A stretch of 32,000 nucleotides of DNA from Archaeoglobus fulgidus DSM 4304 (GTDB lineage Archaea; Halobacteriota; Archaeoglobi; Archaeoglobales; Archaeoglobaceae). The position numbers were made by a program, and so were the translations under genes. The notes under the pieces were generated by a model, which was not told the origin of the DNA, searched no databases, and was given only the letters and a program-made list of their open reading frames with translations. This document shows positions 12,153 through 23,537 of this stretch, one piece after another. Each line of letters opens with the position of its first letter. The first letter of the stretch is position 1. The stretch spans positions 930,001 through 962,000 of the forward strand of contig NC_000917.1 of assembly GCF_000008665.1 (NCBI RefSeq), read 5' to 3'.

Positions 12153-12165
12153 TATATAAAAAATT
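12153..12165 (-). promoter_or_regulatory. Candidate TATA box for the 10088..12121 MCP gene
   Basis: Minus strand reads ...GAAGAATTTTTTATATAGCTC..., 30-45 nt upstream of the ATG at 12121. Confidence 0.5.
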
Positions 12166-12210
12166 CTTCTATGTTTGAAGTTATAATTGAGAAAATGTCA
12201 ACTAATAATT

Positions 12211-13377
12211 TCAGTTTTGAAATCCGCTATCGGAATAGAGAAGGTCCGCAACGTCAACCTTCCCAACAATTTCCTCGGACTTCGCCCACGACGAATCAAG
12301 GTTCTTGATGATGCCCACGATTCTGTCCACCTGCTGAGTTATCCTCTCCCTCACTTTATCGTCGGATATCATTACTTCGGCAAAAGCCCTGATTGCCGTT
12401 AGCGGGTTCCTGATTCTGTCAACGAGATAGGCGATTACCTTGGTGTTTTCAACCAGCCTCTTTAAGAACTCCTCCCTCCTCAGCTCATCCTCAACCGCTT
12501 TTAGAGCGAACGCCAGGTTTTTCGCAAGAGTTTTGAGTAGTCGTCTCTCAGCGTAATCTGCATTTTTAACGCAGAGGTAGCCGTAACTAATACTATCGAA
12601 CTCAATTTTAAATGCAACACCCTCAGGTCTGTCGAGGACCCTTGCAGAGTAATCTGAGAGTATGCTTTCAACACTTTCTATGAGCTTGCTCTTGCTTCTG
12701 AGTTTAATCATCGCTTCGCTTGCCTCCACAATCCTTTCAAGCAGCCTGTTCAGTCTGTAAAACTCGGTTACATCGTGGGAAATGATAAAGCAAAGCCTTT
12801 CGCCCTCCAACTCAGCAGGAATGCAGTAGCTTACAAGCCTTCTGTCTCCCAGTTCTTCGTCAAACTCAACCACGGTATTCTCCATCAAAGCCAAATTAAC
12901 ATAACTCATTATCCTTTCCGCTCTTTCCTGAGAGAAAAGCTCACTGAGCTTTTTTCCGATGATGTTGAATCCCGCAAATCCTTTCATGGAGAAGTTCGCA
13001 TCCCTCACAACACCATTTAAGTCAACAACCGCTATGGGGGAAGGTGCAGTCTCGAAAATTTTCCTGTAAACTGACTCAACGTCAAACCTTAAGGTGAGCA
13101 CGGCTTTAGAGTCAAGTTTGAACAAATCAGCCTTCAATGCACCTGCCTTGCCCCTGAACCTCACCTCAAAAGTCCCGCGATCTTTCCGAAGTGCCTGCCT
13201 TAAACATCTACCGCTGTTTTCATCCAGAAAATCGAGAATATCTCTTTGCAGACAGTTTTCACCAATAAGCTGCAACGCCTTTGGATTTGCGTAGCGAATT
13301 ACAGTTCCATCAAGTAAAATTATCGGATGAGGGCTCATTTCCGCAAGGGCTTTGAAAAGTCCATAATCTCTGAACAT
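12211..13377 (-). CDS. PAS-PAS-GAF-like sensor protein with a C-terminal histidine-kinase-like dimerisation (DHp) segment but no ATPase domain
   Basis: ORF 12211..13500; ATG at 13377 is the likely start. PAS-like regions include SPHPIILLDGTVIRYANPKA and APSPIAVVDLNGVVRDANFS. The C-terminal LVDRIRNPLTAIRAFAEVM resembles an H-box with Asp in place of His, and the protein ends soon after. Confidence 0.7.
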   Translation of the reverse strand: MFRDYGLFKALAEMSPHPIILLDGTVIRYANPKALQLIGENCLQRDILDFLDENSGRCLRQALRKDRGTFEVRFRGKAGALKADLFKLDSKAVLTLRFDVESVYRKIFETAPSPIAVVDLNGVVRDANFSMKGFAGFNIIGKKLSELFSQERAERIMSYVNLALMENTVVEFDEELGDRRLVSYCIPAELEGERLCFIISHDVTEFYRLNRLLERIVEASEAMIKLRSKSKLIESVESILSDYSARVLDRPEGVAFKIEFDSISYGYLCVKNADYAERRLLKTLAKNLAFALKAVEDELRREEFLKRLVENTKVIAYLVDRIRNPLTAIRAFAEVMISDDKVRERITQQVDRIVGIIKNLDSSWAKSEEIVGKVDVADLLYSDSGFQN

Positions 13378-13503
13378 TTGAAGAATAATGGAAAGTGCGC
13401 AAATAAACCTAATCTTCAAAAGTGTAATTATCTTCAATAATTTCAAAGGTGCAATTTCCCATCCAAAAGCATTCTTTTTAAGTTTTGCCGGCAACCGCAC
13501 TTG

Positions 13504-14352
13504 ATGGACGATGCGGAGCTTCGTGCCGTCAGAACTCTCATCTCCCTCACGACGAGATATTTCGCGGTGTTCAAAAATGCCCCGGTGATAATGGCCGTAA
13601 TTGATGATAACGGCAAGGTGGTGGATGCAAACAACGCCGCTGCTGAGCTAATAGGGGAGAAACCTTCTGGAAAGCACCTACGCGAACTTTTACCTGCCGA
13701 ACTCTGCGAGAAGGTTTTATCGACACTCGAAAAGGCGCTGGAGGAGGAGAAAAAAGCAAATCTGAGGGCTAAAGTAAGCGGAAAGCTGCTAAGAGTGCAG
13801 CTTACCCCTATCTCAGCTGATGGAAGAAAGCTGTGCCTTCTAACCGGGTTCAGCGTTGAAGATGAGCTTTCCAAAGCCGCTCGCGAAATCCTGAGACTCG
13901 CAGCACGTGCGGGTGATGCTGAGACGGTAATAAAGGGGATGGCCAAAAAATTCGGTGAACTTGAGCTGTTTTCTCAGGTAAAGGTGGAGCTCGACGGGCT
14001 GCGGGAGGTGGTGAGAGAAAAAGATGGCGAGTTCGTTTACGAGTTCCCCTTAAGGATGCACCGTAAAAAGGGACGGGTAACGCTTGAAAGCAGGAAAGAG
14101 CTATCATCCGAGGAAATTGACATGCTGGCAGAGACGTTCGAAGACGTCTCAATCCTCATCTCAACGCTGGAGCTTGAAAGCAAACTTTCGGCAGAGGTTC
14201 GCAGGACAGTTGAGCTGATAAATGAGCTGAGAGAGCAGTTGAAAGCCGTCACACTCTCCCTCGAAATTCTCGAAAATGATGGTCTGAAGAGCATTGTAAA
14301 GGAGCGGTTGGGAAAAATGCTCCAGGTTGCGGAGAGGTTGGCGGGAGAGTGA
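13504..14352 (+). CDS. PAS-domain sensor-like protein with a C-terminal degenerate DHp-like helix
   Basis: ORF 13501..14352, with ATG at 13504 after TTG. PAS-like NAPVIMAVIDDNGKVVDANNAAAELIGEKP, C-terminal VELINELREQLKAVTLSLEILEND, no ATPase domain. Confidence 0.6.
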   Translation: MDDAELRAVRTLISLTTRYFAVFKNAPVIMAVIDDNGKVVDANNAAAELIGEKPSGKHLRELLPAELCEKVLSTLEKALEEEKKANLRAKVSGKLLRVQLTPISADGRKLCLLTGFSVEDELSKAAREILRLAARAGDAETVIKGMAKKFGELELFSQVKVELDGLREVVREKDGEFVYEFPLRMHRKKGRVTLESRKELSSEEIDMLAETFEDVSILISTLELESKLSAEVRRTVELINELREQLKAVTLSLEILENDGLKSIVKERLGKMLQVAERLAGE

Positions 14353-14368
14353 GAGGTATTGAAGACTG

Positions 14369-15181
14369 CTATTTCAACCTTACTTTTCTGTAAACCTTCT
14401 CCCTCAAATTCACGCACTCAAACCTGTCCTTGAATCCCGGAGGCAAAGTCTCGCTCCGCCCGATGACGAGGTAGCCTCCATCAACGAGGGCGTTGTAAAA
14501 GTCGTTCACAACCTTTGCCTTCTGCTGCTCGCTGAAGTATATCATCACGTTCCTGCAGAAAACTATGTCCAGAAACCTCGAAATGGGCTCTTCCGTAGTA
14601 AGGTCGTGCTTTTTGAATCTCACAATTTTTTTCAGGAAGCTCTTCACCCTGTATCCATCATCCTCCTTGTCGAAGTACTTTGCAATAAGCGCTTTGCTTA
14701 GGTTTTTTAGCTGCGTTGGCTTGTAAAATCCCTCTCTCGCCATCTCAAGGCACGCATCGTCTATGTCGGTTGCGTAAATAGAGATTAACCACCCCTCACC
14801 GAGCGTTTCGAGTATTGATATGGCTATGCTGTACGGCTCTTCACCGCAGGAGCAGCCGGCACTCCACGCTCTCACAACCCTGCTGTTCACCCTGCTTTTT
14901 TTAGCCGCTATCTCAGGCAGCACCTCCTTCATGAGAAACTCGAAGGGGGTTTTGTCCCTCATGAACTCCGTGACGTTAATTGTAATGGTGTTTATCAGCT
15001 TCTCAACCTCCTCCTTTCCGTTGGACTTTAAAAGCCTTAGGTACTCTCCGAAGTCTTTCACTCCGAGCATCTTCATTCTCAGCTCGATACGTCTCCTGAG
15101 GTAGCTCTCCCTGTACTGGTGGAGGTTTATTCCCGACTCCTTGCTTACGTAATCAACAAGCGTTTTAAAGGCTAAATCCAC
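14369..15181 (-). CDS. cheR: Chemotaxis protein methyltransferase CheR
   Basis: 270 aa. ESGINLHQYRESYLRRRIELRM, VRAWSAGCSCGEEPYSIAI, DIVFCRNVMIYF, DGGYLVIGRSETLP. Confidence 0.97.
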   Translation of the reverse strand: MDLAFKTLVDYVSKESGINLHQYRESYLRRRIELRMKMLGVKDFGEYLRLLKSNGKEEVEKLINTITINVTEFMRDKTPFEFLMKEVLPEIAAKKSRVNSRVVRAWSAGCSCGEEPYSIAISILETLGEGWLISIYATDIDDACLEMAREGFYKPTQLKNLSKALIAKYFDKEDDGYRVKSFLKKIVRFKKHDLTTEEPISRFLDIVFCRNVMIYFSEQQKAKVVNDFYNALVDGGYLVIGRSETLPPGFKDRFECVNLREKVYRKVRLK

Positions 15182-15645
15182 AACTCTCCACCCCTGCTGT
15201 ATTTGACCAGCATCCTTCCATCATTTGTAAAAAAATAGACGGTTCTCCCCTCGTCACCCCCCAAATCTTCCGACACAATCCTGATGCCGTAATCCCTCAG
15301 TATCGTCCTGATGGCTTCAGCGTTCCTGTCGCCGATTCTGAGCATGTCCATCGTCATGTGCTTGAAAATCTGCGCACCTCCTGCCATCTTCGCAACTATC
15401 CTTTTCCTGTCACTTCCCAGCCTTTCCATCGCTTCGGTCATCATTTCCACCGCATGGTCTGCGTACTTGGCACTCCTCTTGGTGCCGTTGCCCGACTGCG
15501 GGAGCATTACGTGAGCCAGACCACCCAGCCTCAGCTTTGGGTCGTACAGCGCAATGCCTACGCAGGAGCCCAATCCAATTGTTTTCAGCACCGCACCCTT
15601 GGCTACCCTGAACTCCCCTATGCCCACCAGTATCTCGCTGCCCAT
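15172..15645 (-). CDS. cheD: Chemoreceptor glutamine deamidase CheD
   Basis: 157 aa. LGSCVGIALYDPKLRLGGLAHVMLP and KMAGGAQIF. The start overlaps the cheC stop (TAATG). Confidence 0.95.
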   Translation of the reverse strand: MGSEILVGIGEFRVAKGAVLKTIGLGSCVGIALYDPKLRLGGLAHVMLPQSGNGTKRSAKYADHAVEMMTEAMERLGSDRKRIVAKMAGGAQIFKHMTMDMLRIGDRNAEAIRTILRDYGIRIVSEDLGGDEGRTVYFFTNDGRMLVKYSRGGELWI

Positions 15646-16262
15646 TATTCCACCATTCCGAGAAGCTTCAGTATGTAGCTGACAAACTTCTCATTCGGTA
15701 TGAGCATCACCAGCGCTTCTATCTCGTTTTCGCTTTCCTCCAGCTTCGTCTCGAAAATCACCACATAATCGCTTTTCTCCGCCAGCTGTGAAACCACCGC
15801 ATCTATTACGGCGATGGCAAAATCCCTTCCGAAGCTCGGTGGAGTGGGAAGCAGAACAATTCCCAGCATCTCTGCTGCAGCATCGCAGAAGGAAGATGAA
15901 AGGATGTTACCAATCTCCATCAGCGTTGAATCGACCATCTCCTCGTCGCTGCTGTCACCGAGCAGAATTTCAGCAAGTTTTTTGGATGACTTCTCCGGAA
16001 ATGTTATGTAAAGGAACCCTGAATGCCCGTTCTCAATATCCTCAAGGCCTGTAACAACCCCAGCCACCATCTCCTCAGCATTTATGTACTTGTGAAGCTC
16101 AGGTATTTTCACTATCACCGCCTCAGGCACGCTCATCTCTATCCTTCTGCCGAGCATCTGGGACAGAGAAGTGGCAGCCTTCCCCACGCCGATGTTCCCC
16201 AACTCCTTCAAAGCATCAAGCTCCATCTCACCAAAATCCTCAATGCTATGCAAGCCTATCAC
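15645..16262 (-). CDS. cheC: Chemotaxis protein CheC (CheY-P phosphatase family)
   Basis: ORF extends to 16298. The start is uncertain: TTG 16298, GTG 16262 or ATG 16226. Two CheC repeats: LDALKELGNIGVGKAATSLSQMLG and STLMEIGNILSSSFCDAAAEMLG. Confidence 0.9.
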   Translation of the reverse strand: MIGLHSIEDFGEMELDALKELGNIGVGKAATSLSQMLGRRIEMSVPEAVIVKIPELHKYINAEEMVAGVVTGLEDIENGHSGFLYITFPEKSSKKLAEILLGDSSDEEMVDSTLMEIGNILSSSFCDAAAEMLGIVLLPTPPSFGRDFAIAVIDAVVSQLAEKSDYVVIFETKLEESENEIEALVMLIPNEKFVSYILKLLGMVE

Positions 16263-18216
16263 CTCCCAACAAACTTGACACGTCAAGAATCGGCACAACT
16301 CTCCCGTCCCCCAAAATCGTAACTCCGCTAAACCCCTTTATCTTGGCCAGATACCCCGTCAGGGGCTTTATAACTATCTCCTGCTGCTCCGCTATGGTGT
16401 CTGCAATCAGGGCGTACTTCTCGCCCTCCTTCTCAACGATAATACCAACTTCCCTCTCAGGCCTCCCATTCCTCACGTTAAACAGCTCCCTCAGCTTGAA
16501 GGCCGGAACGAGCTTTCCACGGACGATCAAAAACGGGTTGCCGTGTATAACCTTCCAGTTATCCTCTCCGACGTACAAAGCCTCTACTACGCTTGAAATC
16601 GGTATTGCGTACGTTTCGTTTGCCACCTTCACAAGCAGGGACTTCACGATCGCGACTGTTGGCGGGAGATGTATTCTGATCCTCGTCCCATTCCCCTTCT
16701 CCGAAGATATCCTCACACTGCCGCCAAGCCTCTCAACGGTTGTTTTTACAACATCCATCCCCACGCCCCTTCCGGAAACCTCAGTTGCCTCATCCTTGGT
16801 CGAGAATCCAGGAGAGAAGATGAGCATCTTAATCTCGTCCTCGCTCATCGAGTCTGCTTCGGCAGGAGAGACTATCCCCTTCTCAATTGCCTTCTGCTTA
16901 ATCTTCTCAACGTCAAGCCCTCTGCCGTCATCCTCAAGCTCGATAATGATGTTGTTCTTCTCCCTCCAGGCAGCGAGCTTAATTCTTCCCACTTCATCCT
17001 TCCCTGCAGCCACCCTTTCTTCCGGAGTTTCAATGCCGTGGTCAACGGCGTTCCTGACAAGGTGAACCAGCGGGTCGCTAATCTCATCGAGAACTGTTCT
17101 GTCAAGCTCCGTCTCAAGCCCCTCCATAGTGAAGTCAATCTTCTTGCCGAGCTTTCTCGCCAAGTCTCTGACCATCCTCGGGAACTTGCTGAAAACCCTC
17201 TCAACTCTCACCATCCTTATCTGCATTATCTCGTCCTGAAGGCTCGTTATGGACTTATCCATAATTGCAACGGCTTCCTTCAGCTCAGGAATGTCGTACT
17301 CGCTTGCAATCTGCAATAGCCTTCCCTTGCTTATCACAAGCTCCCCGACGAGGTTCATTATCGTGTCAAGCTGCGATATGTTCACCCTTATGCTTTCGAG
17401 CTTTTTCTTATCCTTCCTGCCGGGATCCACTCTCTTCTCCGTCTTCTCAACTTTCGCTTCGGTTTCAGCCCTTGCAGCACCTTCCGCTTTTTCCTCAGCT
17501 TCCTCCTCGCTAACAGCCTGTCCCATCTCTACTGTTTCACCGTCAACGGGGCTAACTTCAAACCTGTCAATCTCCGCAATCTTGCTGATAGTATCTTCTA
17601 CAACCGAAGCGTCAGGAGCGTTTAGGTAAACAACGAAATGACCGTCGAAGGTTTCCTTCTCCATATCGCTCTCGTCGGGGATTACTCCAACAACTTCGGC
17701 AACCTCGCTGAGAGCTTCAACAACGAGTGCTGCCCTAACGCTCTTCATCACGCAATCTTCGCTGATGTAAACATCAACCCTGAGGTTTGCAGTTGCAGGT
17801 TTAAGCTCATGCCTGTCAGCAACTTCCTCCTCTTCCCTGCTCTCCATAAACATCGTGAGAGCTTCAATAATGTCCCTAACATCAACGCTGTCGCTATCTT
17901 CATCCTCAATTCTGTCTATCATCTCCCCTATTGCGTCCACAGCCTTCAGCATTACGTCGATGAGCTCTTCTGTAACCTCTATCTCCCCATCCCTCACTTT
18001 CCCCATCGCACTCTCGAGCTTGTGGCAGAGTTCCTCAAGATTCTTGTAGCCCATGAAACCTGCCATTCCCTTAATCGTGTGGGCCACTCTGAAAATCTCG
18101 TTAATTGCATCAACGTCCCCTTTCTCAACCTTTATGAAGTTCTGATTCATCACGTCAAGGTACTCTCTGGCCTCCTGTATGAACTCCTGCTTGTACTCCT
18201 CCATTTCATCGCTCAT
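16246..18216 (-). CDS. cheA: Chemotaxis histidine kinase CheA
   Basis: 656 aa. P1 phospho-acceptor VAHTIKGMAGFMGY, P3 NISQLDTIMNLVGELVI, P4 LVHLVRNAVDHGIE and GRGVGMDVVK, P5 CheW-like C-terminus. Confidence 0.97.
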   Translation of the reverse strand: MSDEMEEYKQEFIQEAREYLDVMNQNFIKVEKGDVDAINEIFRVAHTIKGMAGFMGYKNLEELCHKLESAMGKVRDGEIEVTEELIDVMLKAVDAIGEMIDRIEDEDSDSVDVRDIIEALTMFMESREEEEVADRHELKPATANLRVDVYISEDCVMKSVRAALVVEALSEVAEVVGVIPDESDMEKETFDGHFVVYLNAPDASVVEDTISKIAEIDRFEVSPVDGETVEMGQAVSEEEAEEKAEGAARAETEAKVEKTEKRVDPGRKDKKKLESIRVNISQLDTIMNLVGELVISKGRLLQIASEYDIPELKEAVAIMDKSITSLQDEIMQIRMVRVERVFSKFPRMVRDLARKLGKKIDFTMEGLETELDRTVLDEISDPLVHLVRNAVDHGIETPEERVAAGKDEVGRIKLAAWREKNNIIIELEDDGRGLDVEKIKQKAIEKGIVSPAEADSMSEDEIKMLIFSPGFSTKDEATEVSGRGVGMDVVKTTVERLGGSVRISSEKGNGTRIRIHLPPTVAIVKSLLVKVANETYAIPISSVVEALYVGEDNWKVIHGNPFLIVRGKLVPAFKLRELFNVRNGRPEREVGIIVEKEGEKYALIADTIAEQQEIVIKPLTGYLAKIKGFSGVTILGDGRVVPILDVSSLLGGDRLA

Positions 18217-19255
18217 TAAGCTTCACCTCCAAAAACCGGACTATCTCCTCGGCAATCTCAAAAACGGGCTTTACCGAAGTTATTCCGCCAAGCTCAATTG
18301 CCGCCTTCGGCATGCCGAAGACCATGCACGTATCCTCGCTGCTGGCTATCGTTAACCCTCCCCTGTCCTTTATCAGCTTCATCCCGTAAGCCCCATCTTC
18401 ACCCATTCCAGTCAGAATGGCCCCAACAACGTTTCCTCCGTAAGCCTGCACTACCGAGTCAGCCGTGACATCAACAGACGGCTTTACTGCATTCACAGGC
18501 TCTCCGTCAACCACCTTTATTCTGACAACATTCGCTGCCCTCCTGACCTTCATGTGGTAGCCGCCAGGGGCAACGTAAACCACTCCATCCTTAACGCGCT
18601 CGTTGTTCTCAGCCTCCTTCACTTCCACCTCCGAGATGGAGTTGAGCCTCTCCGCCAGCTGCTTTGTGAAGCCGGGAGGCATGTGCTGCACCACAAAAAC
18701 TGGGGCGGGGATGTCAGCAGGAAGTCTCGGGATTATCATCTCCAGCGCTGACGGTCCACCTGTAGAGGAACCAATTAAGACGCACACGTCCTTTGTTTTT
18801 CCCTTCCAGTTACCTCTAACAACCTCCCCCTTAATTTTCTTGAGATTTTGGAGTCTGAGGACGTTCAGCGATGTTGAGGCAGCCATCTGCACCTTCCTGA
18901 CTAGTTCCTGGGCTACAGAGGAGAGATCGACGAGTGCCCCATCAGGTTTTGTTACAAAGTCAACTGCACCTATCTTTAAAGCCTCCAGAGTCTCTCTCGC
19001 CCCCTCCTTGGTGAGGGAGCTGAGCATCACGACCGGAGTCGGCTGTTTTTCCATTATCAGCTTCAGCGCTGTCAGCCCATCCATTTCTGGCATGTTGATG
19101 TCGAGGGTAATCACATCTGGCTTGAGCTTGAGGGCCTTTTCAACAGCCTCCCTACCATTCTTCGCCGTGTCAACTACCTCTATTCCTGCCTTGGTAAGTA
19201 TGTCGGTCACGGCCATCCTGACGAGGGCGGAGTCGTCAACAACAAGCACCCTCAT
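18206..19255 (-). CDS. cheB: Chemotaxis response regulator / protein-glutamate methylesterase CheB
   Basis: 349 aa. Receiver domain (VVDDSALVR, ITLDINMPEMDGL) and methylesterase domain (IGSSTGGPSALE, QHMPPGFTKQLAERL, GAILTGMGEDGAYG). Confidence 0.97.
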   Translation of the reverse strand: MRVLVVDDSALVRMAVTDILTKAGIEVVDTAKNGREAVEKALKLKPDVITLDINMPEMDGLTALKLIMEKQPTPVVMLSSLTKEGARETLEALKIGAVDFVTKPDGALVDLSSVAQELVRKVQMAASTSLNVLRLQNLKKIKGEVVRGNWKGKTKDVCVLIGSSTGGPSALEMIIPRLPADIPAPVFVVQHMPPGFTKQLAERLNSISEVEVKEAENNERVKDGVVYVAPGGYHMKVRRAANVVRIKVVDGEPVNAVKPSVDVTADSVVQAYGGNVVGAILTGMGEDGAYGMKLIKDRGGLTIASSEDTCMVFGMPKAAIELGGITSVKPVFEIAEEIVRFLEVKLNER

Positions 19256-19257
19256 GC

Positions 19258-19623
19258 TCAGCCCATTCCGGCAACCTTCTTCAGCTCCTCAATCACCTTG
19301 GGAGCCTGGAAGGGCTTGACGATGTATCCCTTCGCCCCAAGTTTTATCGCTGCCTTCACCATCTGCTCCTGCCCAACGGCGGTGCACATCACCACCTTCG
19401 CGCTTGGGTCAATCTTCTTAATTGCCTTAAGCGCTTCAATGCCGTTCATTTCCGGCATCACGATGTCCATGGTGACTATATCGGGTTTGAGCTGCTTGTA
19501 CATCTCTACCGCCTGCTTTCCGTTCTCAGCCTCTCCGGCAATGTCAAAACCTCCTGAGAACAGTATGTTCCTCAGGAGCTTTCTCATAAACGCCGTATCA
19601 TCCACAATCAACACCTTCGGCAT
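19258..19623 (-). CDS. cheY: Chemotaxis response regulator CheY
   Basis: 121 aa single receiver domain: VLIVDDTAFMRK, DIVTMDIVMPEMNG, CTAVGQE, VKPF. Confidence 0.95.
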   Translation of the reverse strand: MPKVLIVDDTAFMRKLLRNILFSGGFDIAGEAENGKQAVEMYKQLKPDIVTMDIVMPEMNGIEALKAIKKIDPSAKVVMCTAVGQEQMVKAAIKLGAKGYIVKPFQAPKVIEELKKVAGMG

Positions 19624-19627
19624 ACCA

Positions 19628-20437
19628 TCACCTCGCGGCCTTTTTCATAATCTCGCTAACCAGAGCCACACCCCTCGGTGTGAGCTCGATTTCCTTTCTA
19701 ATCTTCACAACTCTCGCCAATCCCAAATTCACAAGCCTGTCGTACATCTTGTTTAGCTCCTCGGTTGTAACACCAAGTATGGACTCAACACTCACGGAAT
19801 CGACTCCCGTGTAAACCATGGTCAGAATCTGCTCCTCCACTTCGGAAAGCTTCTCCTTTGGTTTTGACTTCTCGATGAAGTTCTGGATGTACTCCTGAAG
19901 CATGTCCATCGTCGTCTCGGGGCATAGGACGAAGCTCGTAATCACCTCCCCGTTTTCAACGTGGGTGACAACGAGCACAACCCTCTGCTTCTTGCCCACA
20001 GTCCTGATGTCCTTCTCCACCGACCCGAGATTCTGAATGGAAATTCTAATCTGCTTCGATGACGAGAGAAACCAGAGGGCTTCGTCGGTTATGCTGAGGT
20101 AACCCTTTTCCCACTTGCTATCGCTGACAACGACCCCCCCGCGAGTGGCGGGAGAGAGAAAGTAAACAGCAAACCTGTCCGATTTCAGGTTGAAGGCAAG
20201 GTATCTAAATATCTGCGCCTGCCTGCTTCCGAAGTCGATAAAGTAATCAGCGTCCTTCTTTATTCTTATTGCATCCCTGCCCTCGTGTTTCAGCCTCTCC
20301 AAATCCTGAATCTCCTTGAATCTGATCGTCTTTCCGGCAAAGGATATTGCATCCTTGGTGATTACTGCCTCACCTTTCTTCCAGCCGTCCTCGAAGTACT
20401 CCACAGGTATCTTCAGAACCCTCTCCCCATCGCTCAT
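19628..20437 (-). CDS. cheF: Archaeal chemotaxis protein CheF-like (DUF439), adaptor between the Che system and the archaellum
   Basis: 269 aa, located between cheY and cheW. The N-terminal body and C-terminal winged-helix-like SVESILGVTTEELNKMYDRLVNLGLARVV resemble the archaeal CheF family. Confidence 0.8.
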   Translation of the reverse strand: MSDGERVLKIPVEYFEDGWKKGEAVITKDAISFAGKTIRFKEIQDLERLKHEGRDAIRIKKDADYFIDFGSRQAQIFRYLAFNLKSDRFAVYFLSPATRGGVVVSDSKWEKGYLSITDEALWFLSSSKQIRISIQNLGSVEKDIRTVGKKQRVVLVVTHVENGEVITSFVLCPETTMDMLQEYIQNFIEKSKPKEKLSEVEEQILTMVYTGVDSVSVESILGVTTEELNKMYDRLVNLGLARVVKIRKEIELTPRGVALVSEIMKKAAR

Positions 20438-20450
20438 ACCCTACCTCGCA

Positions 20451-20933
20451 TCACCTCAGCCTCTCCACCTCATCCTCACTCAGCACCTTGTTCAGGTCAA
20501 TCATAATAAGCAATCCGTCTGGAAGCTTTCCCACACCCTTGAGGAACTTTGCTTCCTCTCTGGCGGTTATTATGTTCGGCAGAGCCTCGATGTCGGCAGT
20601 GGAGAGATACTTGACCTCGTTTACGGTATCAACCATCATTCCTATGACCGCATTGTCGAACTCTACAACAATTATCCGCGTGTTGTTGTCTATCGGCTTG
20701 GGCTCCATTCCGAAGCGCTTTCTGAGGTTGATGATGGTCGTTATCTGGCCTCTGAGGTTTATCACTCCCTCAACAAAGTCGGGGGCGTTGGGAATCCTGG
20801 TTATCTGAGTCGGTCTTATGATTTCTCTCACCTGGGAAATGTCAACGCCGTACCTCTCATCGCCGAGGTTGAACACGATAACCTGAACAGTCTCGCTACC
20901 CTTAATCACACCTTCCGACTGCTGCACTAACAT
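20451..20933 (-). CDS. cheW: Chemotaxis coupling protein CheW
   Basis: ORF to 20969. ATG at 20933 with an adjacent GGAGGTGATG is preferred. Contains LGDERYGVDISQVREIIRPTQITRIPNAPDFVEGVINLRGQITTIINLRKRF. Confidence 0.94.
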   Translation of the reverse strand: MLVQQSEGVIKGSETVQVIVFNLGDERYGVDISQVREIIRPTQITRIPNAPDFVEGVINLRGQITTIINLRKRFGMEPKPIDNNTRIIVVEFDNAVIGMMVDTVNEVKYLSTADIEALPNIITAREEAKFLKGVGKLPDGLLIMIDLNKVLSEDEVERLR

Positions 20934-20946
20934 CACCTCCAAAAAA

Positions 20947-23496
<2,550 letters not shown>

Positions 23497-23497
23497 C

Positions 23498-23515
23498 TAT
23501 AAAGTAAAATTTCGA
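23498..23515 (-). promoter_or_regulatory. Candidate BRE/TATA element for the MCP-che operon
   Basis: The AT-rich gap 23452..23537 contains minus-strand CGAAATTTTACTTTATAG, about 50 nt upstream of the MCP ATG. It is one of the few sizeable gaps in this part of the minus-strand array. Confidence 0.4.
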
Positions 23516-23537
23516 ATAAGAAAATTCAGAAGTGTAA

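Noticed and set aside
13378-13500. N-terminal extension of the 12211..13500 ORF (GTG start at 13500)
   Set aside because: The extension is hydrophobic and Lys-rich, shows no PAS-like similarity and would abut the divergent gene with no promoter space. ATG at 13377 gives a clean PAS start, but this was not tested.
16343-18219. Plus-strand ORFs of 240, 216 and 193 aa (with others) opposite cheA
   Set aside because: All are complementary to the conserved CheA reading frame and are Ser- or Pro-rich low-information shadow translations.
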